Below, piece by piece: positions 62,888 through 64,000 of a DNA stretch of 64,000 nucleotides; within the stretch, counting starts at the first letter, position 1; each line of letters begins with the position of its first letter. The translations under genes were made by a program, and so were the position numbers. The notes beneath the pieces are model-generated. The model ran no database searches. It saw only the letters and a list, made by a program, of their open reading frames with translations, and was not told where the DNA came from. The stretch lies in the IMG/VR virus record IMGVR_UViG_2878930440_000003; one strand, 5' to 3'. Source of the stretch: a virus (taxonomy: Duplodnaviria; Heunggongvirae; Uroviricota; Caudoviricetes).

Positions 62888-63666
62888 ACTAAATTAATTC
62901 CTTCTACAACACCATTGCCGAGGTGATTTTTCTCTGATATGTTATTCACATTAATAGGAGACAACTTCACGAAGAAATGCTCCTTATCAAACCATTTTTT
63001 CAGCTTTTCTGCATCAAAATCAGAAGTGTCAACAAGTGTAAGATTGATTGTAGTCTTCAGATTGCTTTCTGTGCGAATCTGTCCCAACTCCTTAATTGTC
63101 ATTTTGTTCTTATAAGGAATCAACCAATTTCGCTTGTCATCATCAAATGAATGCAAACTAATCTGCAATGTGATATTTCCATTAATGAAAGAGAAATCAC
63201 TACCCTTAATACCAATCGTTGATACATAATGATGAGTATTAGGATATTTCTCCGTAATAATACGAATAGCCTCTTTGACTGCATCAATATTAAGAAATGG
63301 CTCGCCCATACGAGTATAGTTAACTTTAAACTCTTTTGCTTTGCTTGGGTCAGCACCTGCCTTATTGACGGCAAATTCAACCTGCTCTACAATTTCTTCT
63401 GCCGTAAGATTGCGATAACGTTTCATGTTGCCTGTAGCGCAAAATTTGCATCTTACTGGACACCCACTCATTGTAGATACTCCAATCATCCAACGTTCTG
63501 TACGGTCGCCAAGCTCATTGTTATCAAGCTTGTTTTGATGTCTGCCTATTGCATCTTTGGTGTAATAAGGTAAGAACGTGTCTGTAGTTTCAACTAGAAA
63601 GCCATCTTCTAATTGAAGGCAATACACGACACCATTTTTAAATGTTTTCTTTCTTAATTCCTTCAT
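62884..63666 (-). CDS. radical SAM protein, RlmN/Cfr-like
   Basis: GCPVRCKFCATG (compare RlmN GCxxxCKFCsT) and RMGEPFLN (compare RlmN MGMGEPLLN). At 260 aa it is shorter than RlmN. Confidence 0.55.
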   Translation of the reverse strand: MKELRKKTFKNGVVYCLQLEDGFLVETTDTFLPYYTKDAIGRHQNKLDNNELGDRTERWMIGVSTMSGCPVRCKFCATGNMKRYRNLTAEEIVEQVEFAVNKAGADPSKAKEFKVNYTRMGEPFLNIDAVKEAIRIITEKYPNTHHYVSTIGIKGSDFSFINGNITLQISLHSFDDDKRNWLIPYKNKMTIKELGQIRTESNLKTTINLTLVDTSDFDAEKLKKWFDKEHFFVKLSPINVNNISEKNHLGNGVVEGINLV

Positions 63667-63681
63667 ATTCCTTATATTTAT

Positions 63682-63695
63682 ATCCCATAAGGGAT
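63682..63695. promoter_or_regulatory. conserved ATCCCATAAGGGAT hairpin motif 5' of a start codon
   Basis: Same motif and about 35 nt of context (CCATCCCTTATGGGATATAAATATAAGnAATAATGAAG) also at 9868-9881 upstream of gene 9648..9851. Confidence 0.45.
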
Positions 63696-63701
63696 GGTTG
63701 G

Positions 63702-63926
63702 TTACTCTGGTGTCTTCGTTGTGTATTTATCAGATGAAATGTGCAGAAACACATAATCGCCATCACTGGTAGTATCGTTAATATCACAAGAAACACCTTC
63801 TGCTTTGTCAAATACAAGCATTTCACAATCTCCACCCGTGATGTCAATGTAAGATTTTAAATGCTCTATCAACTCACTTGCTTTCATATTACTATCTGTT
63901 AATATCCTTTCCTCAATCTTATACAA
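63702..63926 (-). CDS. hypothetical acidic protein
   Basis: 74-aa ORF. Confidence 0.35.
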   Translation of the reverse strand: MYKIEERILTDSNMKASELIEHLKSYIDITGGDCEMLVFDKAEGVSCDINDTTSDGDYVFLHISSDKYTTKTPE

Positions 63927-64000
63927 TAATCAATAGCTTTGATTGCTAACCAAATAGCATGCTTCTGCTTATCGTCAATAAGATTTTTTCTAATCTCAAA

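Noticed and set aside
63638-63847. 69-aa minus ORF overlapping the start of the RlmN-like gene
   Set aside because: Hydrophobic, overlaps the conserved leader motif and gene start in another frame; likely non-coding.
1-64000. Integrase, transposase or IS elements marking prophage or mobile-element boundaries
   Set aside because: No ORF shows tyrosine or serine recombinase or DDE transposase motifs. The only mobile-type genes are two HNH endonucleases.

Overview
The window is a 64-kb stretch of a tailed (siphovirus-like) phage or prophage of a Bacteroidetes host. The host assignment rests on repeated sigma-A-type promoters of the form TTG-N20-TAnnTTTG and on the absence of Shine-Dalgarno sites. 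The DNA is AT-rich and almost every gene is on the minus strand, in tightly packed and often overlapping arrays (ATGA and TAATG overlaps). Only a dUTPase-containing block at the 5' end, two HTH-regulator loci and one small RHH gene are on the plus strand. No terminase, portal or integrase lies in the window.

Recognisable content includes:
- a head module (scaffold, a possible decoration protein, major capsid protein, small connector/neck genes, a possible tail tube);
- a 2324-aa tape-measure protein (TP901-type core) located upstream of the head genes;
- five minus-strand tRNA genes (Lys-TTT, an atypical tRNA-like element, Tyr-GTA, Gln-TTG, Glu-TTC) behind their own promoter;
- nucleotide metabolism genes (dUTPase, ThyX, RNase H);
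- a DNA-modification island (Mom-like candidate, two overlapping beta-class N6/N4 methyltransferases, an HNH-AP2 homing endonuclease, a C5-cytosine methyltransferase broken at a C8 homopolymer, a second HNH);
- an amidoligase plus class-II glutamine amidotransferase pair beside the head genes;
- a three-gene SAM cassette (RlmN/Cfr-like radical SAM, a second radical SAM with a Cx11CxxC motif, a small class-I methyltransferase) followed by a 39-aa Cys-containing peptide ORF.

The window is also rich in internal paralogy (YopX, DUF551, DUF2693-like, a 342/336-aa pair, several small-protein families). It contains reused intergenic modules: a promoter-plus-leader repeat, hairpins just 5' of start codons, the junction AAGAAGTAGCGTATG, and two duplicated switch-like loci where a DUF2693-like gene with a palindromic leader faces a divergent HTH regulator, one locus carrying five GTAACGTAYT operator-like repeats.

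All protein calls are from motifs read in the translations; no database search was possible.
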